Shown: piece after piece, positions 52,047 through 64,000 of the stretch
How the letters are laid out: every line of letters begins with the position of its first letter
Numbering within the stretch: position 1 is the first letter of the stretch
The notes under the pieces: model-generated
What the model was told of the DNA's origin: nothing
What the model saw: only the letters and a program-made list of their open reading frames with translations
Database searches by the model: none
Made by a program: the position numbers and the translations under genes
Assembly (NCBI GenBank): GCA_964106645.2
Contig: OZ067044.1
Length of the DNA: 64,000 nt
Source: Podarcis pityusensis
Lineage: Eukaryota
Strand: one strand, 5' to 3'

Positions 52047-53113
52047 CAAGAACTAACTTAGTTGGTCTTAAAGGTGCTACTGGAAGGTTTTTTTTTATTT
52101 TGACTATGGCAGACCAACACGGCTACCTATCTGTAACTGGAAGTATATATTAAGGCAGCCTTAATATTGAACCGTGACACTGGGCAGAGATTTTTAACAA
52201 TTCCCTCTACACTGAGGGGATTTTTTAAAAATTTACACTGGCCACAGAAACACAGTGCCAGCAGACCTTCAAAACACACATGCCCACATTAATGCATAAC
52301 AACAGCTGTTTCCTATATATGATTAGCCTATTTTTGGGGGGAATCCCTTTTTAAAAATCATTGAAACCATTTGCGAAAAATGGACATTTGAATAGAAGCC
52401 TTCATTTCAAAATTGTAAATGCCATTCTTATTAATATCAGGGCTTAAGTTTAAATTTGCAACTACTCAAACATTTTCTCCCAAAAATGAACTACGATCTC
52501 CTAAAAATGGAGTTTGTGATCCTTCTTTGTGCTAGGTGTAACATACAAACAAAGAGTAAAAGGCAAAAGTAGGGCACAAAGACAGATGTTCTGTGCCATC
52601 AAGCATCCATCACAGTGGTTGAACAGAAGATTAAATCTTAGGTTATTTTCCACATTAAGGGGAAAAATCCTTTTGAGTTTAACCATGAACACTGGTCTCT
52701 CTTCAAAGTCATACAGCTTGACCCTGAAAACATCTTCCAGGTGCACCTTGATCAATTGCATATGTTTCCAGGATTGAACTAGCAGCTGCAACCACAATCA
52801 GTTTCAACTGAACACTGACTGGAGTAAGCAAAGTAAACAAACCCTAACTTTTACTCTTAGTCATCAAAAGAACTGTTTAAAGAATTCTCTCCTCCCCCAC
52901 AAATCATCCCTTTTTGTACCTACTGGGTTATCCTAATTTATGTTCCAATTTAGTACACACACTACAATATGATCCTTGATGTCTGCTTGCTTTCGTTTAA
53001 ACTTTGTAATTGTTTGGGATAAAAAATATTAAACTCCTGATAATAGACTCGTCTTCAATTCATGGGTCAGATCCTGACTAATGATAATAGTAGCACTACT
53101 GCCATATGAATGC

Positions 53114-53153
<40 letters not shown>
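53114..53153. repeat. (GATA)n microsatellite
   Basis: Seen directly. Confidence 0.97.
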
Positions 53154-56100
53154 CACTATAAATGTTAAACACTGCTAATACAAACAAAATCTAAACCATT
53201 TCCATTTTTGTCTTGACTTCAGAAGCTTGTGGTATATGAGCGGATCTCCGATGCAAGGCTAGCAGTTGCATAATTTATTAATAGGTTGAGAGTAAGTTCA
53301 TGTCCATTAGACGAGCAAATTATAGTTGTATCTATGCAATCTATTGGTTTCCACTGGAATAAAGTACATTAAAAGGAACTGCTTCTGCCAGCTTGTCACT
53401 TCTGGCAACATATGTACATGAAAATTAATAATCACTCACGGCACAAAAGAAACAGGGTATTTCTAGAAGATAATTATATCTTTTGGGAAGTTTTTGTAAA
53501 TACATGCATGAAAAGTCGAATAATGAAATGAAGACGACAGTAATTGCAGAGCATAACCCATCAGATAGTTGTTTCTATTCTAGTAACTCACTCTTTTCAT
53601 TTCTATTGGTGCCTCTTAATTAAAACACGACGTACAACCAATTTCTCCATTCTGAGTGCAAGATCCACTTATACTGCTTGTCTGATCCCACAACAGAGTT
53701 TGAGTGGGATTTACAGACAAAAGTGTGGCGATTCAAGCTGAACGACTTTGCGTACACAGAGGTTATCTACATTGACATAAATTAACAGCAACACTATTGT
53801 AGCAATTCAGCATTCTTTTTTAAACTTGGGTGGGGGGCGGTGTAAAAAAGTATTAAGCAGATAATGGCTTACAACAGTAACAAATTAGGAACATAGGAAA
53901 GCTACTAAGACAGACCATTAGTTCATCTAGTCCAGTACTGATGACTACCTGCAGCATTTCATGTTTCGGACAGGATTGGGTAGTTTTCCACTCCACCCAA
54001 AGGTACCGGTAACCAAACCTGGAAATGTACCACTGCTTCCTAGAGGTATTGAACCAGGTATTGAACCTAGGAACTCGTGCATATAAAACAGATGTCCTTG
54101 CTCATAGATAACTACCGAGCACATAAAAATCTTAAATCCACAGAAATTGGACAATTTCTAAGCACGTTATTTATTATTGTTGTTGTTTCAATTTATAACT
54201 CATCCTTCCTCCCGAAGGAGCCTACCTGTATGTACAATCCAAAATATTAACCTACCTGACTTGGATAATATTTGTGAAAGGCAACTCCTTTCCCACACTT
54301 CCTTCATCTGCTGTGCCGATTTGGCCACAGTTGCTCTGCAATAATTACTGTGGGTACCTCATCTGGGCAACAATCCAGAAAATGGCTCAACACAAAGTCA
54401 TGTAAAACTGTTCTAGTTAGCTGAAACACCAGTTTCCAGACAAAAGATAAAGACACAAAGGATGCTCTGGTGCTTGCATGGAAGTTCACTCATGCTGTCC
54501 TAAGTAGTTATTATTCTGGATCGGCATGATTATGAGTTCGCTGATGCTGTAGAAGAATGTTTCAGGGACGGGAGCAGGATTCCTGAGCAAACTATCATTC
54601 AAAGCCTGTACGCTAGAGTTACAGCTAGAACAGGTTTTCCCGTAATGGTGTTTTTAACAGGATTAGGAGAAATGGAAGAAAACACAGTAATCTGAGCAAG
54701 GAAGCAAAACAACACACACCCACACCAACACACATGCATCATCCTGACTCCACATTTTACTATTTAACATACCATTGCTAGAAAACCTGCTTTAGCTGCA
54801 ACCCTAAAGAGAGAACCAACAAGATCTGCTTATTAACTTCAGTTAATTGTTTCAAGATATATATTTTTTCTAACTATGAACATGGTTAGTTGATTCCTTA
54901 CTAGGAAAGGGTAGAACCTCTTTGCCACATTTTGTTTGGTCTTGGTTCATTCCGACCTTAGGAAACCCCTCTGGTGAATCCTTGTCCTGAATTTTAAGTA
55001 CTTTGTGAAGTGCTTTCTTTGTCATACCAAAGACTTTACCAAAGAACACTAGCACTTAAAAAGACAGAGGTGCAAGTACCTTTTGTCCTGGCATGTTGAG
55101 GAAAGTTTCACTAGACTTCAAAGCCAGCAGTAACTCACTAAAAGCAATTGAGCTTTAATTTGAGACATGGAATTGAGTCAAGAGTTCTTGGACTTTGAGA
55201 CATGGTGATATGCCTCAAAATATCATTGGGAGAGCAAAAACTGATGCTTAACAATGCTTAATTTTAATTTAATTTATGCAGTCCTCCAGGCCTCTTTCTC
55301 TTGCCCTCAAGACTCTCACTAGGCCATGTCCTCTCACTGGTCCTGCTCTGCATCCTCCTTGCATTTTCTGCCTAGCTGTGATAATGTCTCTTGTTGACCT
55401 GAGAGGAAACGGGAAGGTGGTGCTTCTGTGTTAGTTTTATCTCTGGCTTCTGCATGAATGAAATTTAGTCTACCATACAAGTAAGAGAAATATCCCTAAT
55501 GTGGCCCCTGGTAGATCCCCATGAGGCAATGTGGCCCTCGAATTTATAACTCCCAAGTTATAAAGTTATTCAGGGCAATTGTCTTTGGACTGCTCCTCAG
55601 AGATGCAAGCATAATGAGGTTATTCAGAGACTATGGCACAATGCAAGTTATATCTTTTGGGGAGTCATTTACTTGTGCTAGTGTATAGTTTTGTCTTGAA
55701 CAACAACAAAATACTGGTTGTAAATAAATACACACTGAATTTGGCTCTACTGAACATACATTTAAGCTCTGAAAATCATTCCATATAAAAATGCTCCATG
55801 ATTTCAGAAATGCCCTGGGGTTTTATAATGCTTAAGGCACATATGCAGGACATTACACTTTAGTCACACACCACACACATATTCTCTTTGCCTCTTGGGT
55901 CCTGCGGCAAACAGCTGTCATTAATATTCACCCCTTCTGCTAACACTTTCCTTAATCCCAGTAGGGCTTCCTAGCCTATAATTAAACTTTCCAGCTGCTG
56001 CACTGCTAGACAGAACCCAAATGGATCATTTGCTTTTAAAACATCCCCTCTTTGCTAGTCCAAGGATGAATTCGAGGAAACTTTTTTCACAATGTCATGG

Positions 56101-59100
56101 TTCATTCTATTTCTTCCAACCTATGTCATGTACTAAGTGCTTCACATTCCCTAACATTACATTCTGACATGAATGGGCAGCATTTTCAAAAGTGCTACCT
56201 GTTTCATGTTCAGAACTACTTAGTGAGAGTTGAAAAATCTGAATGCATGGATGCGATGTTAGTATCCGAGGAAGGGTTTTGTTCAGTTAGAGTCAGGGAA
56301 AGCTAAGCTAAGGGGTAAAAATCGTAGTTAAGCAACAATCTTAGTTTAATGGCAATTTTAAAAAACCAAAGTAGCAGAAACACAATTAAAAGAGAGATGT
56401 ATTATTTACATGCCAGAAATGTCAAATCTTTAAAAGGAATGAATACATCCACAGAAATACTCTTCAAAAAATTAAGAAGGTACTAGGAAATTACTGCTAT
56501 CCAATTAACGAAAATTCTGATCTTCCTTCAGACAGGGAGGTGCAGCACGTACACCTCAACAACAACTAGAACCAGGATTTTAAAAAAATATAAGAAACTT
56601 CTTCAGCTTGAAGCCTAACAACCTATCATCAAGTTACACCACAAGTATTTCAGTGGAGCTCATCTGAAATGTCCCTGAACATCTCATCTAATTTCTCTCA
56701 GCATCTTCAAAGCATGCAACCTGGCCTTGCAAATGAACTTCTTCCCCAAAAGCCAACATTGTGTTGCATCACACACACTCCCAAAGTGTTTACTAAACAG
56801 GGATTAAACTTCTACATACAAGCAAATCCTATGATTCATTCTGAATCAAAATATAACCAATTTTCAAAAAGGAAATCAAAGGCACTTCTCCCACTACATA
56901 AAGTAGTACTGCTACAATAAATACATTAATTTTTTATTGTTATTTTAAATATATTGTTACTAATGATTACTTGGTTTACTAAAGTATGCACAATGTCTCT
57001 TTTTTCAAGTTACATTTTCTACAGATCAGTTTCATATGTTGAGACCTTAGTGTTACATTTGGAAGAAAAGAAGGAAAGAGGTGGAGGGGGGCATGGTGAG
57101 TGGGGTGGGGTGGGAATGCTTCTGTTCTACTTAGTATATGTGTGGGGTTTTGTGTCAGCGTCACTTGTGTGGGAATACCTTTATGAACTCCATTCAAAGG
57201 AAAACTGGCAAGTGCCCACCAGCCATCTCAATAAAGCACTGCCCCAAATGAATTGCTTAGCCTCCTGACAACAGCAGCATTCTAGGTCACTTACCCTTTT
57301 TGTCTCCCTCAAAATATTTAAAGTGACAACATGCCTTGGCTGTCCATTTTGAACAGCACAGCAGAGATAAAAAGCAAGTACTCCGGATACCCGAGATTTC
57401 ATGTTGGAAGTGCTTAACAGTTTAAACTGAGATATTCTCCTTTTCTGAAACAGTCTTCTGTTTAAACAAGGGAAGATGCCAAAGTATAAATTTAAATGGT
57501 GGTATCAAGCTGATCTTCTTTCACTCATGGAGATTATTTTGATCAAGTTGATGCCTTTGCTAATGGAGGAAGCAAGGTCAGGGTTTTGCCAGCAATCCCC
57601 TTCCAAAAGCAGCTCTGAGGAGTTTGGGGGACTCCTCAAAACAGGGTAGAAAGTATTGTCAGAGCTTCAAGGTGAAGAAAAAACTGGCATGCCCTCCTCT
57701 TTCAATAGTGGAGGTGTTTGGTGGATCAACACTCTTCTGTAAATGCAAGGGCACCAGCTGCATTCCACCCACTGGAATTAACACTCCTAACTGACCCATG
57801 TGTAGATTATGCTATTTTATTTTTAAAAGGCTATCTCCATTTTGTATGTTTAATAACTAGACAGCCCTGGCAAAACATATATTCACATCTGCAGTGATTT
57901 TACTTCAAAACGATGGATCTGTTGTTTATTTTACGAGTTTACAAGATACTTAACTTCCCGATCATAAACATGCTAGGCTAAGAAAGTAGGTGGTTATCAG
58001 CAGGTTTACCAACAGCTGCATAAGCAAAACCTTTATCAAGTGGTATAAAGGCATATATATATCACTGGATGAGAGTTAGAAATGTAAGGGATTCTAACTG
58101 AGATTTTGCATTAAGGAAGTGCAGCTATAGCTATAGCTATAGCCCAGCTATAGCTTTACCCCAAGTTCAGCATGACACATCTATAACATAAAATGTGAGA
58201 CATCCCTACATCAAAGGACAGGCTATGGAAAACACTGCTTCACCCTTTCTCTAATTAACACCATGCCGCAGGCTTGGAGAAAGAGAAATGGCACTACAGC
58301 AACTGCTGTTTAGGATGGCAGGTGTTTAAAAAGGTAAGCCTATGTGAAATGTTTACAGCTGGAAATTTAAGCAAGTAAAAGATGTACCGTAATTTGGTAA
58401 AATATATAATTTTTTGTTAGCTGTTGTAGATTTGGTCATAGTTCAGATTGGAAAATGTGTTCATGCACATTAATAAAAATATATATCACTTCTGGTGGCA
58501 CAAGATTAGACCATGATGAACATGTTCATTCAGATTAGCTGATTATATAAACAAACAACTCCTTTTGGTTGCCTTTTGGTTGTTTTTATTTTTAATATGG
58601 GGGGGGGGGCCTCAGCGTGTGTGTGAAGACCTGGTGAAAGAAAAACAATAAAACGGAGGAGAGCAGTACAATTTCTGCTTTGCAGCAACAGTGATGTTTC
58701 TAAGAACAATAAGGGGCTGAGGATAACAATTTCTTCTGCATAAGAGATAATTAAAGAGAAAATAAAAATAAGTAGGAACTTAACACAAGAATGGGCAACA
58801 ATACCACTTTGACAGAGCTACACTTGATGCAGGAACTAATAGGCTCCTTGAACCAGCTGTGTGCAAATTACAATGTCATTAACTGAACACAATTTACAGC
58901 CAAGAATATATAAATGCTCTTAAAAATGTATTCCCCCCCAATAAAAGCAGAGTATATTGTTCTGATACTTTCTAAAAATTTACTTCTAGTCAAAGTTGTT
59001 CTTACAGCAGCGATTCATGCATAAGTTCCTCTCACATCCTGTTGTCATATTTATTATTTCATATCACACAACTATCTCTCTATACAATTGTAGCTCTCAG

Positions 59101-60737
59101 TAGTTTCCCAGATATCATTAAAATTAGATGGCCTATGCAGGATGACTTAAGAATGCTCCCTACAAGAACCTTTTGTACCTCTTGTATCAACATGACTAAA
59201 ATTTTAAAACAAGCCTTTTACTTGCTTCAACTAGCATTACTGGGACTTGCACATACTACCAGATCTGCATGAAATCACTACAGCCAATACAAGAATCTGA
59301 ATATCGTTTGTTAACAAGAACTCAGTCGTTCCTTCAAATCTTTCAACGGAATGTATTCAAAATGCCACTGAGACCATTCCAATGTCACTCATTTATGCTG
59401 AATGTCTCCTTTTGAATGATAATGTGGGTGAAAGTTTTATCAAACTTCTCTGTTCTGCAACAATAATTAACAGTGTATGGATAGTAAAGGGAAATGGAGA
59501 AGAGTACACTTGGAGATACACAGTGTACATGAACATTTCAAAAGGTTGCATTACTTCCTTGGCTTAGACTGAAGCAACTACAGCTTTTATAACTTTTTTC
59601 AGTGCTGACAGAGAAACAAACTATTTTTTTTTAGTGCTACAGATGGCATTCATCTCTATCTTTCCCTATCATTGAATCTAGATGTGGTAGTGCAACTGAT
59701 GGGAGTTGGGAGTCCGACAAGATTTAGACTCTACAGAGCCACATTCCCTATTGCTTGTGCTCTACTGTAGCAAATGCCTGCTCTCAAGATAACTCCTGGT
59801 ACTGAAGTTTCTGAAATGCTGATATTTAGTAGGCTCAAACCATTAAACTTAGAAATGATTACGCTTCCAGCTCTCCTTTTATGATATAAAAATGCAATAA
59901 AATCTCTCAGTTTACCACAATGGCATGCTAAAATTGCATTCCATTTTTTTTTTAAATTAAAATTTGAGAAGCACAGCTTTACTCTGTGTTCCCTATAAAT
60001 AATGCTATATAGGGTTCCATGGCTTTTGTCTTGCTTATAACCCTGAATATTGGTGTATACGGCACATTAAAATGGCTTGTTTATAACTTATAATTCTTGA
60101 CATTATATATTACAGTTGCTCAAATAAATATCTATAGTTTTATTACGAAGTCAGCAAAAATAGTAAACTCTACTAAATTTTGGATGCAAGTTGTTGAGCT
60201 CTGGCTCAACAATCGTTGGATTGTGCCATTCTTCTTTACTAAAGCTTATTTTCATCATTTTTGACAAAACAGATTTAGTGACCTACACACAGAATCTACA
60301 CCATTAAGTTCAAAAGAACTGGAAATCCTGTTCTCTATTCTGCACTCTCAGTCTGTTGCAGTAGAGAGAATTATTCACATTGCTCACACTGCTGCTCCAA
60401 CAAAGTAATCAAAAACAGCAATGTGCTGGCACCAAACTAAAAGGCCCTTATAATTGCCATGTTTCAAATTCCATTTAGTCAGCCCCTAGCAAAGAGGCTA
60501 CAAAACTCTTTAATAAATCATAAAACCAGAGGGGGGAAATTAGGTCATCTTGTCCATCCCCCAACATTTTAAACTTGCATTCTCCATTGTACCACTGAAT
60601 ACTCGGTCAACTTGTAAATGATTCAAGTGATGGGATTTTTACTGGCCCCCTGGAGAAACTGCTCTATAGTCCATGAGTGAGCTCTTTCCTGATAACACTT
60701 TCTCCACCTATTTACCCATTTTAGAGGATAACATATA

Positions 60738-60792
60738 TATTGTATTGTATTGTATTGTATTGTATTGTATTGTATTGTATTGTATTGTATTG
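60738..60792. repeat. (TATTG)11 pentanucleotide microsatellite
   Basis: Seen directly. Confidence 0.97.
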
Positions 60793-61399
60793 CCATTACT
60801 ATTTTCACACTTTTTGATAATTTAGCAAAAGACTTTGCATTGTTTACTGATTCCCACCACCACAAAAACCTTACTGCTACTTAAGAAACATTCTGTAACC
60901 CATTGTAATTTGCTGCTATCTGTGTAATTTAGGGGCACAAACGAATGAAAATGTGTTACCTACAACAGTAGTAGATGTGTGCACGCACAAAGTTCCAAAT
61001 TATTTCATTTATTTAGTAGATTTATATCTCACTTTTCAATTGGAGTCCCCAAAGCGGCTATCAAGCATTTATGAAACACAACACATGCTCAAGAAACAAA
61101 ACAAAACAACCATGCCCCCTGAAGCAGAAACCAGCTTTAAATATTCCTTCCTACAGGGCAGTTGCTAAACATTAGCTCTTATGATGGTCAGCCCTGATGC
61201 TACCTTTGTCTAACTCCCTCACTGTCTTCTTCCTTTTCACAGGGCACTTGATGTCAGTTGGCTCTCTGACATTGCTTTGATATCAGAAAAAGCAGATTGT
61301 TTCCTGAGCAGCAATACTGGATTGGGAGGGGGTGGGGGAGGACAGTGGACAACCAAGTGGGTGACCAAAAAAGCAGTGCTACCGAAGAGATAAAATGTA

Positions 61400-62000
61400 A
61401 ATATTTGTATTTATTTATAAAAGTATTTATATACTGCCATTTCAGAAAATATCAGGGTGATGTACTAAAAAATGTATACAAATCATAAAACACCATTAAA
61501 AACAGTGCAAAATAATCATTAAAATGACTGGCTAATTGAGAATATTTTAACCAATTGCTTAGGCCTGTCTGCATAAAAAGGTCTTCAAGAGATGCCTGAA
61601 AGTCAAAAGCAAGGGTGTCTGCTGAACCTCTGCAGCAAGAGTGTTCCACAGCATGGGCGCGTGACACCAAATCCCCAACTTCTATTGGAGTCCAGTCGGG
61701 CCTCCGTATCTAAGGGAACAACCATCATTGTCCATCTAGATGATCTCAGTAACTAAGCTGAGATATAAAGACTCAGGCAGTCCTTAAGTTATCCTGGATC
61801 CAAGTGATTCAGGGCTTTGTACATCAACACATGAGCTTTGAACCTGACCCAGAATCGTATGGGCCTGCAGTGCAGACCTTCTATCAGAGGTGTCACATAA
61901 TGTTGAAGGTCTGGCCCCATCAGCAGCCTAGACACTAACTTATGCACTAGCTGGAGCTTCCAGACCAGGCCCAAGGGCAGACCACATAAAACAAACATGT
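61400..62000 (-). mobile_element. Degraded L2 LINE 3' portion
   Basis: ORF 61789..62007 has GLPL..VWKLQLV...VTPLIEGLH..PIRFWVRFK..VLMYKALN.L.P, typical of the L2 ORF2 C-terminus; AATAAA-type tail near 61410. Confidence 0.8.
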
Positions 62001-62207
62001 AGTGCATATCAAAGTCCTAAGTTATCATAAAGAACACATAGAATGCTGACTTTATGCTTGGTAGCTTTTCTCCAGCTTTTACACATCTTAACCAAACAGA
62101 TACAAGTGTGGAAGTACTCGTATAATATTTAATGTACAATTCTTCCTGATATCCAACCATGGTTATTTCCACCACTCATGCATGTAATGGTCCTATTTTA
62201 AATAAAA

Positions 62208-62340
62208 TCATAGGATTGCAGAATTGAAAGAGACCATGAGGGTCATCTAGTCCAGCAGTGTGCAATGCAGGAATCTTTTGTCCAACATGGGACTTAAACC
62301 CACGACCCTTAAATTAAGTGTCTCATGCTCTACTGACTGA
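62208..62340 (-). mobile_element. Short tRNA-Lys-derived SINE with CR1-like 3' tail
   Basis: The reverse strand reads tcagtcagtagagcatgagacacttaatttaagggtcgtgggtttaagtccc... followed by ggactagatgaccctc..ggtctctttcaattctgcaatcctatgat. Confidence 0.75.
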
Positions 62341-62684
62341 ATACATTTATATTACTGCAAAATTGAAAGTGAACAAACTTCTTACATCAACCCTTATGTG
62401 AAAGCATGCTACTTCTTGTTCACTTCAAACTGATTGCCCTTCAATTTTAAAGCAATTAGCTAAATCCTGGCTCTTGCAGTGTGAGACACCATGAGACAAG
62501 AGCGATCTTTCCACACTCTATTACTGATCGTATCTGCTAGTGCTATTATATTCTCTCTTTAGTCAACTCTCTGCTAAGCTGAAGAAACAATCACTATTTG
62601 TTACATTAGCAGGTCCACACCTCCTGTTATCTGTTTGACCTCCTCTGTAACTCTTCACATTCTAATGTAGTCTCCTTGAAGGTG

Positions 62685-62686
<2 letters not shown>

Positions 62687-62725
<39 letters not shown>
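62687..62725. repeat. (TA)n microsatellite
   Basis: Seen directly. Confidence 0.97.
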
Positions 62726-62730
<5 letters not shown>

Positions 62731-63499
62731 TTATAGCCACACTTTAGTCAAAAAATCTCTTAGGGAGCCTACAAAAATCAGTATTAAAATAGTGCCTGTC
62801 CTCAGGCTTACAACCTAAAAAGACATCACACATAAAGAAAAAATAGAATGAGAGGGAAGAGGGGAAAACAAGCTCAAGTTCTTAAAGTCAAAATTAGATA
62901 TAACAAGAATTTTAAATTATATTTTAACATCTCTATTCTATATCTCACATTTATAATTTCTTTTTATTTAAAAATATATTTATCTTCTTGAAATTATATC
63001 TGAACAGCTGGAGAAATGCAGTACATGTAATAAAATTCATTTGCACACAAAACGTCAGTATTGGGAACAGCAGAATATTATTTCTCTTCTTGGGTTGCAC
63101 TGCTAAATGACCTTGAGTGGTTATATCACTCACTGCTTTCTTTTTCTCCTCTCCCCCATCATCTATTTTTATCATGCATCTCTTCAATGCAGGTACCACT
63201 GTGTATGATATTTATAGGCTCTTGTGCATTAGAGATTCCACAGAAGAGGATGAGAAACAGAACCGTAATTTCAAAAGGACTTACTGTTCAGAAGTACCAT
63301 TAAAATTGGAAACTACTCATATTCTGATTAACACAGGTTTTGGCTTCAACTTAGCTTGCCTTTAAATAAATATGAACTGCTTATATAGGCATGAATTCAA
63401 TCACCAGATACCAATCCTGAGTTGGACATGGTGCTAACAATAACAATCCATGTCTGAAAGTAGAGCAATATACACTGGAGGAAAGAGCTTGGATTTTGG

Positions 63500-63670
63500 C
63501 CAGGGCCTGACGTGCCTTCAGACCCTAAATAAAATATTTACGGAGGCCCTGGGGTCCCCAAATTTGATAAGTGGTGCCATTCAAATGGTGTGTGCGCACC
63601 ACATATTGTGATCAATTATGTGTGGTGGGGCTTACCTGCCCCTCCTATTTTATATAAGATGGCGCCCCTG
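63500..63670. mobile_element. MITE-like repeat (caggg...ccctg ends), related to the element at ~51546-51857
   Basis: Shared core ccacat.ttgtgat...ttatgtg.ggtggggcttac....ccctcc..at.tt.tat..aag.tgg...ccctg. Confidence 0.55.
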
Positions 63671-64000
63671 CACACAATTATCTCCATGGTGCAATGGTGT
63701 TTGACACAGTGTGTGTTGAAATCCACTCACTGAAGGATAGACAAGGCCCTTTGTGTAGCGATACATTAAGGAAATGGGCTGATGCTATGACATAGCACCC
63801 ATGGAGTGGTCCGCAGCAACCAGCATGGCCCTAATGATGTCACTGGCCCATACTGGGTATTGCTAGACACTTCTTGGGTACTAAACTAATGGCATCTGCA
63901 CAACAGTATTCAAGCCACAGATGTTCCTCCTACTTTGATGTCCTGAGCTGTGTTGTTATATTTTACAAAGTGAGAAAATTGCTCTCTTTAGGCTTTAATG

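Larger units (their letters stand above)
51887..52141 (+). mobile_element. Penelope-like retroelement remnant (inverted pLTR pair plus 3' extension)
   Basis: Perfect 86-bp inverted repeat (51899-51984 / 52002-52087) with a hammerhead core in each arm; TSD agtatatattaa at 51875-51886 and 52142-52153. Confidence 0.82.

Noticed and set aside
60623-60865. ORF with IQYNT repeats
   Set aside because: It is the translation of the (TATTG)n microsatellite.
62270-62340. tRNA-Lys-like sequence
   Set aside because: The stems are degenerate and it continues into a CR1-type tail, so it is a SINE head rather than a tRNA gene.
48047-64000. Promoter or first exon of EPB41L3
   Set aside because: No CpG island or recognisable first exon is present; the region reads as repeat-containing intron.

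Overview
This is AT-rich, CpG-depleted vertebrate DNA. The repeat content (Sauria SINEs, BovB/RTE, CR1, L2, a Penelope-like fragment, Tigger-like MITEs) points to a squamate, most likely a lacertid lizard (inference). The window holds the 5' and middle part of EPB41L3 (protein 4.1B/DAL-1) on the minus strand. I traced 16 coding exons with GT-AG boundaries and consistent phases, from the ATG at 48035 through the FERM and FERM-adjacent domains, the U2 region and the spectrin-actin-binding (SAB) exons to 488. Together they give 2508 nt (836 codons) if all cassettes are included. The C-terminal exons lie left of position 1. No promoter, first exon or CpG island is seen, so 48047-64000 is probably all intron 1. 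Most ORFs in the supplied track are spurious or repeat-derived. Most notable observations: (1) a TSD-flanked Penelope-like insertion forming a perfect 86-bp inverted repeat, with a minimal type I hammerhead ribozyme in each arm; (2) a 39-residue uncharged, Cys-flanked, membrane-hairpin-like segment in the large frame-preserving U2 exon; (3) the 66-nt SAB cassette exon with downstream RBFOX motifs; (4) a 13-Gln tract in the N-terminus; (5) a 44-bp intronic hairpin; (6) candidate poison or cryptic splice events. I found no clearly new biological system. The hammerhead/Penelope link is a known class of element, and the splice and membrane hypotheses need data.
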